Shown here piece by piece: positions 37,661-50,511 of a stretch of DNA of 64,000 nt. The notes under the pieces were generated by a model. That model was not told the DNA's origin. It ran no database searches and worked only from the letters and a program-made list of their open reading frames with translations. The translations under genes were made by a program, and so were the position numbers. This DNA is from Octopus vulgaris (Eukaryota), in NCBI GenBank assembly GCA_951406725.2, contig OX597823.1, forward strand, positions 73,780,001 to 73,844,000, written 5' to 3'. Each line of letters starts with the position of its first letter. Within the stretch, counting starts at the first letter, position 1.

Positions 37661-37752
37661 ACATGGTTGATTTTACTGACGAAGAAGGATATGGAAAATA
37701 TCTGGATATGCATGAATGTTACGAGAAATTCATCAATTTGAAAGGAATTGAT
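37661..37752 (+). CDS. SF3A3: SF3A3 coding exon 6
   Basis: CCCTTTTAG acceptor; (D)MVDFTDEEGYGKYLDMHECYEKFINLKGID with the conserved FTDEEGYG motif; donor GTAAGC; 92 nt. Confidence 0.97.
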
Positions 37753-38421
37753 GTAAGCCTTCTATTCACTAAAATTTTCTCTCTTTTTATTTCTGTCTGG
37801 TCTTTCCATTTATCACCATAAAATAGTGAAGTGGTTTCTATCTTAAACATTTTTTCTTACATGTAAAATGGAATAGCTAATTCTTCCAACAAACAGAAAA
37901 CCTTGATTCAAAGAGAGAACCTGCATGTGGTTGCTTGATCTTCTAGGTATAGCAGCCAGATTTCCGTCAACTCACACCCTACCTTCCTGAAAAGGGTTTT
38001 ATAATGTAATCTTGCTTAGCAACCACCTGTTTTCAGTTCATGTTGATGTAACCTTTGGGTTTCCATAGCTTTATGCTAACCAGTGACTTGTGAGTAGACA
38101 GAAAATGTATGGAAGCCCATTGTGTATGATTGTTTGCATGTGTGATGTGTGTACATGCATATATTTATATGTATATATATATATATGTGTGTGTGTGTAT
38201 TTATATATATATATCTACCTCTGTATGTGTATAAATGTATATATGAACACATACATGTGTAGATGAAACAGGGACAACTGATGAAGGGGAATATTCTTTA
38301 TATTGCATGTCTCGTTTCTCTGTTTTTTTCATTGTTTGAAAAAAAGTTCATTTTCTGTGTTTTTGTTTCTCATTGTGTTCAACGTTTTTTGAACCCATAT
38401 ATGCATGTATATATACATATA

Positions 38422-38455
<34 letters not shown>

Positions 38456-39782
38456 AATGTATATTCTTATACAAGAATGCTGTTGCAGTTACTAACACCA
38501 TACAAATTATTTTTATCTTTTACACCTTATGCAGAATTTATTTCTCTTTCAAATGATGCAGACAATAACTATTTTTATACAATTTGAAGAATTCCAATGC
38601 TAAATTAATATACACGTTTCAAATTTACCGGCAAAATTAGTTTAAGACTGTATCGTTATAATTTTATTTAAAGCTTAAGATTTTAGCAAAAATTAGCAAC
38701 AAGAACGAAATACATATTAGTACTTTGTGCCATAGCCTTTTTTCTTAATAACGGCTGAGCAACACCAAGTAATGATTAAACAAAGCAAATGATTTTAAAA
38801 TCTTGACAGTTAATCTTATTTGTTAGGACTAAAAACAATGATACAACATATCAAACAACACAATCACAACCTTGGATGTTCTCCCCTATGCATGAAAAAT
38901 AGACAAAACTAACTTAACTAATTTCACTTTTTATTTATACTAACTTTAATGAGCCAACCTCAATGTCAGGCATGGACACTCTTTACCATGAAATATGGCT
39001 CATCATCACATTGGCCACGCTATTAAAAAATTTTGTGATAATATTTTGTTAGGCATGCCTTTCAGAAAGTCCTGTGGGCTGCACGTTGCCCACGACTGCT
39101 TTGTGGTTGCACAACCTGCTAGAAATAGCAGCTGAATCTCTTTCAAATAACATCCAACCATCTTAAAAATTATCAGCTATATTGGATAATGTATTCTTAA
39201 ATATAGTATGTCTGATTAAAGATGTGTTGGTCATGACTGGGATTGTTTTTGATCAAGGCTAATAAAAAATAAAAAAGTGCACCTGAAAACTTTGTGCAAA
39301 TATTTCATTAAAACCTCAGTACCTAATCAGAATTATATCACAAAAGTGTTTTTTTCTTCGTTAATCTAGATACAACATATCTAATTTTATTTTTCTTCCT
39401 ATTATTTACTTTTATCAACCTCAGTATATTACTGGTAGTTATTTTATTGACCTAGTCGAAATTGAAAGTCAGAACATGTTTTTGACATTTAGATTGAGCT
39501 GATGTATGATCAAAGATGTTCCAGATGTGACCATCCCATTTTTGTTTATCTAGAACTACATTACCCTATGTCTCATTCAGAGTGTGATTATTGAAGGATT
39601 TGGCTGTAACTAATATCAAAGTGCTTGTTACTTGTAGGCCTTATTGTTGACTCAAATCTAGTTTATAAGTTATTAACTCTACCACTCTATATTAGCTAAG
39701 TCTTCAAATTCTTAACATCTATAGTTTGAGTACTGTGAAAGATTATGGAAACTAATACTTTTGTTCTCTGTTGTTATTTCAG

Positions 39783-39865
39783 AAAATTGACTATATCACC
39801 TATCTGTCCACATTTGATCAGTTTTTTGATATTCCTAAAGACAAGAAAGGTGGCGCCTACAAAGA
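39783..39865 (+). CDS. SF3A3: SF3A3 coding exon 7
   Basis: TATTTCAG acceptor; KIDYITYLSTFDQFFDIPKDKKGGAYK(D); donor GTAAGT; 83 nt. Confidence 0.96.
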
Positions 39866-42800
39866 GTAAGTTATTTGAGAAATTTTGCTATTCTTTGTCT
39901 TTTACTTGTTTCACTCATTAGACAGCAGCCCTGCTTGAGCACCACCTTGAAGAATTTTTCTCAAATGAATTGACCCCTATACTTAATTTTTCTTTCAACC
40001 TGATACTTATTCTATCCTTTTCTGCTAAGCTACTGTATTTCAGGGACATAAACACACCAACACTGGTTGTCAAGTAGTAATGGGGACACACACTCACACA
40101 CACATGGCAGGCCTCTTTCTGTTTCTAACTAACAAATCCACTCACAAGGCTGTTGTTGACCTGAGGCTTTAGTAGAAGATACTTTCCCCAGATGCCATGC
40201 AGTGGGATTGAACCCAGAATAGTGGTTGAGAAGCAAACTTTTTAACCACACAACCACGCCTCTGCCTAATTTGGAATATTTTGTTTATTCTTGTTGGTGT
40301 TGTTGTGGTGATCTGGCACATTGTTAGAGCATTGATAAAACTGCCCTTGCAGTATTTGTTCAAGTACTGGAGTTGGTAGTATCAGCTAACTCCTTCCCTT
40401 TAAAATTACAACAACAACAACAACAACATTAATGATAATAATAATAATAATAATAATAATAGAACGTGGTCGATACAAGCGCTGCCAGTGGCACGTAAAA
40501 AGCACCAACCGATTGTGGACATTGCCAGCCTCCTCTGGCACGTAAAAAGCACCCACTACACTCATGAAGTGGTTGCCGTTAGGAAGGGCATCGAGCTGTA
40601 GAAACACTGCCCGATCAGACTGGGCCTGGTGCAGCCTCCTGGCTTCCCAGACACCGGTCGAACCATCCAACCCATGCTAGCATGGAAAAATGGACGTTAA
40701 AACGATGATGATGATGATGTGGCAGCACACATGGAAACCATGCTTGTTTTATGTTGTTAGGAGTAAGCGATAGGTTGGAGACTGTTATAGACTGTAGTGC
40801 ATACCTTGACAGTTAGCCATGGCTTTTGGTTCAAGAGGCAAAACACTGTGAAAGGTCAATTACAGCAACTGAGAGAGAGAGGTGGTTGTGTGCAGTGGTA
40901 CAAGGGGCAAATTTGCTCAGTTTGAATGGTGTCCTGTATGAATTTTATAGTTATATGCCGGACTTGTTTGCCCCCCCCCCCCACACACTCTTAGCAAACG
41001 CCTACTGCAACTGATAGCAGATCGGGAGAATTATCAGTTCTGTAAGCTGAGGGTGTGTTAATGTTATTGAGAGAGATATCAATAAAGGTGATATTATAGA
41101 TTATTTCTCGCACATAACAATACTAAATGCAGAAATTAAGATTTTGGCCAAAACGTTAGCATAGAAGTTATGTGCAAGAAATAATGCAGTGTTTAGCGAT
41201 ACTGATTCTGTTGTCCGAATAAATGGCCACTTCATCTATTAGAACCATTTTGCATCACACTCTTGATCTATCAAAGATGTTTCCTTTTCTCTCTCTCGTA
41301 CATTTTGGCACTGGAATTATTGTGAAGTTTGGAGACTGAGAGAAGTACCCCATCCATTTGAACTGGAACTGATAAGAGCTGTGTCTGCTTGTGCATTCAG
41401 TGCCAGAGACATCGGAAATCGAGGTAGTTGGCAGGTACATATCAACTGGGTCAAGTCTTTGGGCTTGCTACTCAGTATTTAGAGAAAAAAATTGATGCTG
41501 ACCAAGCATTGAATCTCTCTCTATGCTAGACCTGCTGGTGGAAAAAAAAATGAAAATGGTCATAAGGAGGGTGACTTGTAAGCATGTACTGAAGCTGACA
41601 TGGCTGATGAGATTCCTGGAGTACTGAGTGACACTAGTAACTGAATAAATTTGGGCACCTTCCATATAATAGATCTTTTTACAGTCCATCTTGACCAAAC
41701 TGTTGTTCATACTCCAGAGCTTGGGCAGTTTCATATCTTGGATACTACCAAGCACAGTTGGACAGTGCAGTTAGTTTGTAGTCTGTAGATAGTAGGGTTC
41801 AAGTGATGATGCTTAGGAACAGTCTGAACTATCACTTCTGGAGGACTCTCAAATCTAGGATTATGGACAATTTTCAAAAGTCTTTGGCCTTGCATTACTA
41901 CTGGTGAGCATTGCTTGCTTGGGATAAATGTACAGACATAGAAGTGCTCCGACCAGAACTAATCTGAGATGCTTGCAAGATGACAAAAGTACATTGTCCT
42001 GACTTACACTGAACTAGTATAATAGTGAGGGAAAGCTGTACCTTATAACCAGCCTTGCTCTGTTATCTCTGAATTGCTTGACTAGTGGCAAGGCAGGCCA
42101 TGATAACTGGAAGTATACCAGAAATGCAGTGGGATGACCAGGGTGGTCTACATGTCTTGTACACATCCTGCAGTGATGTTGTTAGATATTGTCTTTCTGC
42201 CTATTGAAACGTAACCACTGTCAGTGAGGTTTTTTTGTGTGTTCAGTATTTGGAAATCTGGTCTTGGGTGACAAGTCCTTACCAAATTTCACTGAGATTT
42301 AAAAACTTCTTGGCTACTCTGAAACTAGTTTAGGGTGGCATACAGTAACATGCAGACAGTTTATTAAACTACAGGTAAGAGCTGGGTGTCAGGCTTGAAT
42401 CAATGGTAGATAAACTGTCTTGAAGAAGAATTGACAGGACTCCTGCCAAACATGCTGTCCTTCCATCATGCTGTTTAATGATGTGAAACCAGTGCTAAGG
42501 ACTTGCCTTCAAGAGGCCGTAGGAGTTCTTGATAGTATTTGCATTGACTTACATGAAACTTTGTGTTTTTGTCCACAGCTTGGTATCCAACTCCCCCAGT
42601 ATCAAAGTTTAACCAGGCCATCACCAATTTCTTTGGGTTCCATACTTCACCCAACTTCTAATTCAATCATATATGTTCTCATCCCCTCTTTAAAAAAAAT
42701 TGATTTTGTATTTGTATTTTGAAGGAAACAAGGCTTCAAGCCATTAGTTCATATCTCATTATATTATGATTTATTCTCTGACAAAAATACTTAGTTCTTC

Positions 42801-43077
42801 TTAGGTTTAGCTTTACCTTTTTCTCTATATAGTATCATGATTAATATTCATTAGAAGAATCTTTTTCCCACTGATTGTTACCTTTCCTATCACTATGAAC
42901 TCAATCTGAATTAGGAAAGGAGTTGAATCTGTTTTTTTTTTTTTATGTTCGGCAAGATGCAAATAGAGAGTGCTAAAGCTTGGTAAATTCTGTTTATGAT
43001 CTGAAGTTCTCCTGGAGTTAAATTTGTTTTACACGTCACAGTTGTTGCTAATATTTGAACAGCAAATATACTGAAGT

Positions 43078-43394
43078 TTGGAGGCGCAATGGCCCAGTGG
43101 TTAGGGCAGCGGACTCGCGGTTGGAGGATCGCAGTTTCGATTCCCAGACCAAATGTTGTGTGTGTTTATTGAGCGAAAAGTACCTAAAGCTCTTCGAGGC
43201 TCCGGTAGGGTGTGGTGGCAACCCCTGTTGTACTCTTTCACCCCAACTTTCTCTCACTCTTCCTGTTTCTTGAGTAATGCTGCGATGGACTGGCATCCCG
43301 TCCAGCTGGGGGGAACACATATGCCAAAGAAACCAGGAAACTGGGCTCATGAGCGTAGCTAGGCTTGAAAAGGGTGCATAAATAATAAAAAAAT
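43078..43394 (+). mobile_element. tRNA-derived SINE family 4 with TSD
   Basis: Head GGAGGCGCAATGGCCCAGTGGTTAGGGCAGCGGACTCGC; TSD ATATACTGAAGT 43066-43077 and 43395-43406; ends ~80 nt upstream of exon 8. Confidence 0.85.
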
Positions 43395-43477
43395 ATATAC
43401 TGAAGTAGTTTTAATCAACTGTATCTTTCTTATGGCCTGATTCTTTAAAAAAAATTTTTTCTTCTTCTCTTTGCCAG

Positions 43478-43550
43478 TTATCTTCTGATGCTCCTTGAAT
43501 ATCTTGAAAGTTACATCTACAAAGTGAAACCACTGCTTGATATGAATGAG
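43478..43550 (+). CDS. SF3A3: SF3A3 coding exon 8
   Basis: TTTGCCAG acceptor; (D)YLLMLLEYLESYIYKVKPLLDMNE; donor GTATAT; 73 nt. Confidence 0.93.
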
Positions 43551-44262
43551 GTATATTCACAGTACTTTTTTTCTTACCCTTTTTGTAGTTTTTAGCTCAG
43601 TTTTGTCTCGCACGTAAAAGGCACCATCCGATCGTGGCCGTTTGCCAGCCTCCCCTGGCACCTGTGCCAATGGCACGTAAAAAACACCCACTACGCTCAC
43701 GGAGTGGTTGGCGTTAGGAAGGGCATCCAGCTGTAGAAACACTGCCAGATCAGACTGGGCCTGGTGCAGCCTCCTGGCTTCCGAGACCTCAGTTGAACCG
43801 TCCAACCCATGCTAGCATGGAAAGCGGATGTTAAACGATGATGATGATCTTAAAACTTTTACAAATGAGGTGACTGGATAGAGACTAGCTCTTATAACTT
43901 TTGAATTCAAATCCACTGAAGGCATTTTGTTGTTTCTGGGTAAGGAACTCTACTTTACATGCCTTGTTTCATCTAGCTGTCAGAAACAGGAAATGTAATT
44001 CTGTCAAAATTTTCTACATTTGACTAACATCTTGTTCAGGAGGGGAATTACCTGGTCATTCATAACAAAATATTGTGTGTGTTGATTACCATAAATCGTT
44101 CTATGCTACTGTGAATGGAATGGTTTTGTTGGATCAGTTATTTTAATAACTGGTTGCCTTTCATTGAGAACTATCATCATCATCATTGTTCGACCGTGGT
44201 CGAGACTTTCATAGTCTTTTCAAATGGTTAATAATGTGTGCGCGCGCCACTTGAGACAAGTT

Positions 44263-44368
44263 GATTTTGCTTCGGCAATACAAATACTAAAATTGGAACG
44301 ATACAAAGAAGATTAGCATAGCCCCTGCGCAAGGATGACACGCAAATTCGTGAAGCGTTCCATATTTT
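44263..44368 (+). pseudogene. RNU6: U6 snRNA retrocopy/pseudogene
   Basis: Near-identical to U6 over ~106 nt (GCTTCGGC...ATACTAAAATTGGAACGATAC...GCCCCTGCGCAAGGATGACACGCAAATTCGTGAAGCGTTCCATATTTT); ACAGAGA box reads ACAAAGA and ATGG reads ATAG. Confidence 0.95.
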
Positions 44369-44375
44369 CTAAAAA

Positions 44376-44785
44376 GGCGACGAACTGGCGGAAACGTTAG
44401 CACGGTGGGTGAAATGCTTAGCGGTATTTCGTCAGCCGCTACTTTCTGAGTTCAAATTCCGCTGAGGTCGACTTTGCCTTTCATCCTTTCGGGGTTGATT
44501 AAATAAGTACCAGTTACGCACTGGGGTCAATGTAATCGACTTAATCCGTTTGTTTGTCCTTGTCCTTTCTGTGTTCAGCCCCTTGTGGGTAGTAAAGGAA
44601 TAGGTATTTCGTCAGCCGCTACTTTCTGAGTTCAAATTCCGCCGTGGTCGACTTTGCCATTCATCCTTTCGGGGTCGATTAAATAAGTACCAGTTACGCA
44701 CTGGGGTCGATATAATCGACTTAATCCGTTTGTCTGTCCTTGTTTGTCCCCTCTGTGTGTAGCCTCTTGTGGGCAGTAAAGAGAT
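44376..44785 (+). mobile_element. SINE family 1 (internally duplicated), 3' part of U6-SINE chimera
   Basis: Starts at the family 5' end 7 nt after the U6 oligo-T; segment from GTATTTCG repeated at ~44604. Confidence 0.9.
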
Positions 44786-45059
44786 AAGTCGATTTTGCTG
44801 AAGTCTATGACGATAGCTGTAGTAGCAAGGTTCAGATTAACAATTCAGTACCTCGGGATCCATCATTTCAATTTTCCAGCTATTGTGAGTCTATATTCAT
44901 GGTATCTGTTTGTTATCCTCAGAGAAAGTTAGAAAACCAGTGCTTGGTATTGTAAATTTGGGATATATTGAGTACAGCTTTGGTTCGAATATCTGTTAAA
45001 CAAATTTGATTTTCGTTGCTATTTATTATCTTGCTCCCTTATTTTTGTCTGTTTTTCAG

Positions 45060-45125
45060 GAAATGGAATCTGTTATGAAAGATTTTGAGTGGCACTGGAG
45101 TGAAGGCACATTTATCGGATGGCCT
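45060..45125 (+). CDS. SF3A3: SF3A3 coding exon 9
   Basis: TTTTTCAG acceptor; EMESVMKDFEWHWSEGTFIGWP (conserved W..GTF.GWP); donor GTAAGT; 66 nt. Confidence 0.94.
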
Positions 45126-45391
45126 GTAAGTTGCTTCTAATTTGCTTTCTTGGTTTTAATTCGCTATTTGCAAAATCCTTAGTTTATTCTATATACATAA
45201 TGTAAAAAAATTACTTATTGAATGAATGAATGCTATTAGACAAAATACAACTGTATAACTTTGAGGCTTCCATGATAGTATACCAGTATAATATTTAAAA
45301 ACGAAATTAAGAAGTGATTTTGTCACTATGGCTGTTTGGAATGCTATAAGCCTTATAATAACTGTGATTGCTGATATTTCTAGCACATTAA

Positions 45392-45611
45392 CCCTTTCGT
45401 TACCAAACCGGCTGAAACCGGCTCTGGCTCTGAGTACAAATGTCTTGTTTTCATAAGTTTTGAATTAAAATCTTCCACCAAACCTTAGTCACAATTTATG
45501 TTCCTAACACTAGCTTAATGATAACTAAGTTATTTTACTAAATTCTTTGTTAGATTTAAAATAATTGAAAGAAACGCAGAGCATCTCAAAATAAATATGG
45601 TAATGAAAGGG
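45392..45611. mobile_element. piggyBac-type MITE (second copy)
   Basis: TTAA-CCCTTTCGTTAC...GTAATGAAAGGG-TCAA; reverse complement of 25512-25725. Confidence 0.88.
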
Positions 45612-46361
45612 TCAAATGTGCTAGGATTACCTCAAGTTTCTTTCCAGGTATATTACAACTATGATAAATTACTGAAAGTAATATTTACTAAGCAAGTGAG
45701 ATTTTTTATGAATTGAAGTTTTCAGGAAAATTTACTTTTTGAATTTCCTGTCATTATTGAATATTTCAAGTTCGCAAATTTAAATATTCAGTTCAAGATA
45801 TTTTGGCATTCTTTCTCTTGAACCCACACACTTTGTTAATTTCTGTAAAAAATTTATTTATTTATTTACTTTTTGTACACCACGTTCAGTTCTGTGTATT
45901 TGTAGTCAGTCACACATGCACACGTGTTTTTGTATGTACATTTGTATACATTTATGTATGTTTGTGTGTGTGTGTGAGAAGGGGTGTGTTGTCATGTATA
46001 GGTACGTACATAAATACATATGCATACATCTTTTTGGTATGTATGTGTGTGTATGTGAGACAGCAAAAGAGAGAATGATGTCTAAGTGGCACTCACTCAC
46101 TCACACACACACACACACACACACACATATGTCCATTTCATATACACTTACATACATCTTTTACTTTCTCCTCTCTTTCACTTTTAAACAAAAGTAAATA
46201 AGTAAACCTTTTTTTTACGAAAATTAATAAAAAAAATCAGCTGTTCATTTTGGCATTTCTGAGAGTTCAACCCAAAGAATGCCGTTAGTTTTCACTTATC
46301 CGATTTTTTTCATTTCATGTTTATTTCATTTATTGTTTTCAATGTTCTCCCCCCCCCCACA

Positions 46362-46560
46362 CACACACACTGTCTCTCTAATATAAACACACACACACAC
46401 TCTCTGTAATATAAACACACACACACTCTCTCTATAATATAAACACACACACATTGTCTCTGTAATATAAACACACACGCATTGTCTCTGTAATATAAAC
46501 ACACACACATTGTCTCTGTAATATAAACATACACACTATCACTGTAATATAAACACACAC
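46362..46560. repeat. ~28-bp minisatellite CTCTGTAATATAAACACACACACATTGT
   Basis: About 7 tandem units ~125 nt upstream of exon 10. Confidence 0.85.
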
Positions 46561-46684
46561 ATACACTCCAGGTTTGACTAGCAGAAATCTACCTGGAGGG
46601 TGGTCTTTCTGCTAGTATGATTTTATGATAAAAAGTTAAACATGCCATCACCTACTGAACTTAATTTGATATATTTTTCTACAG

Positions 46685-46753
46685 AAAGAAACTACTGGTG
46701 CCTTGACTCATGCTGGTGCTCATTTAGACTTATCTGCTTTTTCATCATGGGAG
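46685..46753 (+). CDS. SF3A3: SF3A3 coding exon 10
   Basis: TTTCTACAG acceptor; KETTGALTHAGAHLDLSAFSSWE; donor GTGAGT; 69 nt. Confidence 0.97.
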
Positions 46754-47155
46754 GTGAGTTGTGTTTTCAAATGTCAAGTTACATTAGTGTTTATGACCTT
46801 TCGTTCTGTATGCAGTCTGCTTAATTATTTTACAAGTTGGACAGATCTTCATGCAGATCCCCAACCCACTCAATGATGTATTGCATGACAAACAAGTTAT
46901 CATGGATAGATCTGCAAGACTCAAACAAGTTTGTGCATCTCAGACTACAGTGCTGACGACACCCAACAACCATTTATACTAAAGATCTAGGGTTTTCTGA
47001 GGGGGTTTTTTTTTGTACTAAAATGATGTATCAGTTTGTTATAGTTTCTTCACCTAGATGCAGAAATCATTGTATTATGTCAGAAATATAGAGTTCACCT
47101 CCCGTAGAGTTTATGCCAGCTAACTTAGTAGACAGCTAGGAAAAATTTATGTAAT

Positions 47156-47444
47156 ATAATAATAATAATAATAATAATAAAATTATTGTATACAGTGCTC
47201 AGGTGCACCACAACTTGTCAAAAGTGCAAATAAAGCATATGCAGTAATGTAGAAATGTCTGGAAAGCGAACAGTGTATGAGTCAGATACATGCTTGCGTG
47301 TGTATGGAGGGGAGAAAATCAGGTGTAGTGTTGGCGAATCTCAGAAAGCATGGAAGTTTTGAAGGATGCAGCACTCCGACAACTAACAACTGATGCCGGC
47401 AGTTTGTTCCATGCTTCAGCAACTCTTAGCGTGAAAAAATGTTT
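47156..47444 (-). mobile_element. CR1/L2-like LINE 3' end
   Basis: Minus strand HFFTLRVAEAWNKLPASVV, typical CR1/L2 ORF2 end; (TAT)n tail; second copy ~62910-63210. Confidence 0.8.
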
Positions 47445-49148
47445 AGGGAGGTACTCAAATCGATGTTTGAGTACCTCCCTAAAGGACAAGAAGAATCGAT
47501 ACAGGTTAAATGTTTACTTATTTGGTTTGAGATAAGGTGGGAAAGATGTTTACAACACTCACTAGGTTACTCAAAGCATACATCTATATGACCCATCTCC
47601 AACCTAAGTTAGATCCTGTGTTTAGCAGGTTCATATTTAACAGTACGGTGAAGGCCAGTAACCATGGAGTAGTTCACGACTAAATGTCTTTTGGTTATGG
47701 GTTGTCTGTATTTTGACCCTAAAGAAGTGCTTTGACATAGAATCGTGTTTGGTACTAACTCAACGAAAATCCAGGAAAATGTCAATAATGAAAGAAATCA
47801 CCTTATACTAGTTAAAACCATTTAGCTTGGTACCGTCATGAATACTTGTAGGAATAATTTGAAAAGATGATCAAGCTGGGAATACTCATGTATTGGGTGA
47901 ATTTTGTAAACATACACACTGAACTTACAAAATGTGTACTAGTAACCAAATAAGATTATACACTGCTAGACTAGAGTTTTGTTGATGTTTTGACTACTGA
48001 CAAATTTCCTAATACTTGTGAAGATATATATGGAGCTTTGTAATAACCAGCTGCAAACATGCAAGAAGGCCTTTTGCCTAGTCTGAGGATTAGACTAGCA
48101 AAAGGTGCAATATTGATTGCATTCAGTAAAAGTTGGAGTGAACATATTAATAACCAGAAAATTGCTCATTGATAAGAAATTCAATGTATGCCAGTCTGAA
48201 GGTAAATACTTGGGCTGTACATTGTTAGTTGAAGGTAGTAAACTAGATACTAGTGCCATTAAAAATCTCCAGAAACTTTACATCTCCAGCTTTTTTCCTA
48301 ATGTAACTGACTTTACTAAATCAAAGAAACAACCACTTTACTCACAGTCATATTTTAATATGAAAGATAAATATATTGTCAATGTTACATATATTGTTTT
48401 GTAGATTACGAAAGTTAATCTCATCTGACTTTGATCCATCTAAAGACATTGTTCTGCAAATATATGTTTACAATTATGGTCATGGAACTATTCTGTCATA
48501 GAATGCTAGACTTGCATCTTGCACATCAACTCAATCCTTTTGAAATAAATGACACTAAGATTGTAAAAAATCTGATGTTAGGGTATAGGTAATTCACTTA
48601 GTACATATATGAATAAGTGGTACTTGTTTCGCCAGACCTTTAGTATCTTTAGTTCCTTGTGTTGCATTAGCATTTGATTTTGTGGTTGTTGAGGTACTAC
48701 GCAATTTGAAACTTGTTCAATTACCAAGGAAGTAGTTGTGTGGTAGGAAGCTTGTTTCCCAACTGTGTGGTCTTGGGTTCAGTCCCACTGCACCGTGCCT
48801 TGGGCAAGTATCTTCCATTATAGCTCTGGGTCAACCAAAGCAGTGAGTGGATTTGGTAGATGTAGACTGCCTGGAAGCACATACTATATATGTATATTTA
48901 TGTGTCTTTATGTTTGTCCTTCACCACCTCTTGACAACTGTTGTTGGTATGATAATATCTCCATAAATTAGAAGTTTGGCAAAAAGGATGTCCCACCAGA
49001 TGTTAAACAATGATGATGGTGATGATGATGAAACCAGTAGAATAAGCACCAGGTTCAAAACTAAGTACTGGGGTCTATTTGTATGGTTGAACCTTTCAAG
49101 GCAGTGCCCCAGCATGGCCACAGTCTAAAAACTGAAACAAGTAAAAGA

Positions 49149-49440
49149 TCATCATCATCATGTATTGTATGTCTGCATTGGATTGATAACACTACAATGA
49201 AAGTCTTCCCTATTAAACATGAGTTCTCCAACTGCCTTACCACTCTTATTTGGCCTGCTGGTGATATTGTCCATTCATTGCGTTCTTTGCCTACCTCTTG
49301 ATCTACTACCCTTGATCTTCTCTTCCATCCATGGTAATATTTTCCAGACCTTTGCTTCTTTGAATATGGCCATAATAAAGGAGCTTTTGTTTTTTCAAAA
49401 CAATGTTCAGGAGTGGTTATCTTCCACCTACTTGTAAAAA
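49149..49440 (-). mobile_element. RTE/BovB-like LINE 3' fragment
   Basis: Minus strand KLLYYGHI...RSRGRQRTQWMDNI and (TGA)n tail. Confidence 0.6.
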
Positions 49441-50511
49441 ATAAAATACGGAGTCTGTAGTACAAGATGATGATCATATCAATAGTTATTGCCTGTTTGG
49501 AGAAACGTATCTGAATTGAGTTGGCAATCAATACCGGAGAACTGGAATTTTTATTGATGTGCCATCATGTGGTGAATGGTCCCAAATTGAAAAGTTAAAC
49601 AATTGCTTATTCACTGTGACCTTAGAAAGGACATGTTATAAAGGACTTTATGCAGGACATATTGGTGTTGAAAGTACACTTAATCATCATCATCATCGTT
49701 TAACGTCCGCTTTCCATGCTAGCATGGGTTGGACGATTTGACTGAGGTCTGGCGAATTAGATGGCTGCACCAGACTCCAATCTGATCTGGCAGAGTTTCT
49801 ACAGCTGGATACCCTTCCTAACGCCAACCACTCCGACAGTGTAGTGGGTGCTCAGTTTTGAAAGTAATTTGGTAAACTTTAAGCAGTCTTCGCATTTTTA
49901 TAAAATTCCCTCAGTATCATGTTTAGTGTTTACTTCCAATTTATCTTGGGATAACAAAGAGTTTAGCCTTCTTATTATAGCATTTTATACTAATAATATT
50001 ACAATAATCGTAATGTAAAGACCTATATGTAACTTCTCTGAAAGACCTGTTTGTTAGGCCAATGTTAGACTTGATTGAGCACATTTATTTTTGAGTTCCA
50101 ACCATGCTTATTCCATCTTTTATTAAGCTTAGTTTATCTTGGACCATATTTTCCAATGTATCCTGCCTTTTTCAAAAAGGGTAGAATATGGCTTGAGGAG
50201 ATTCGGCTGCTATTTCTTTTAATTTGAGCAACCACATAAAAGCTCATAAATTTACTACTTTTGCCATTCCACTCCTAAATTCATCTGGCTGATGGAAATC
50301 ATAAGTCTAACTATCAGTAGTATCTCAATGTGATCAGTGGCCACTTAATAGTGATAGGCTTTTTATTAACTGCAGTAACCCATCTATTGAAGTCTCTTAT
50401 GTTATTCAGTGAGAGATCAGTAGCTGCTCAACCGCTACGCATGTAATATATACTGCAATGGATCAGCTCACAATTGCAGTCTTCTAACACTATTCAATCA
50501 GAGATCAGTTA

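Noticed and set aside
38270-38330. CTGATGAAGGGG possible hammerhead
   Set aside because: No GAAA or stem III downstream
41230-42660. Less AT-rich stretch that may be a decayed transposase or LINE (also 21760-22140, 3900-4200)
   Set aside because: No motif recognised with confidence; needs tBLASTx or HMM search
43081-43150. tRNA-like sequences at 43081, ~60255-60325 and ~16045-16115
   Set aside because: SINE heads: no complete acceptor stem and they continue into SINE bodies
44263-44368. U6 as a functional gene
   Set aside because: ACAGAGA box mutated, no upstream TATA seen, 5' end overlaps a TSD and 3' end is fused to a SINE
46362-46560. Regularly spaced repeats as CRISPR-like array (also 57730-58210)
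   Set aside because: No unique spacers, eukaryotic context, no cas genes
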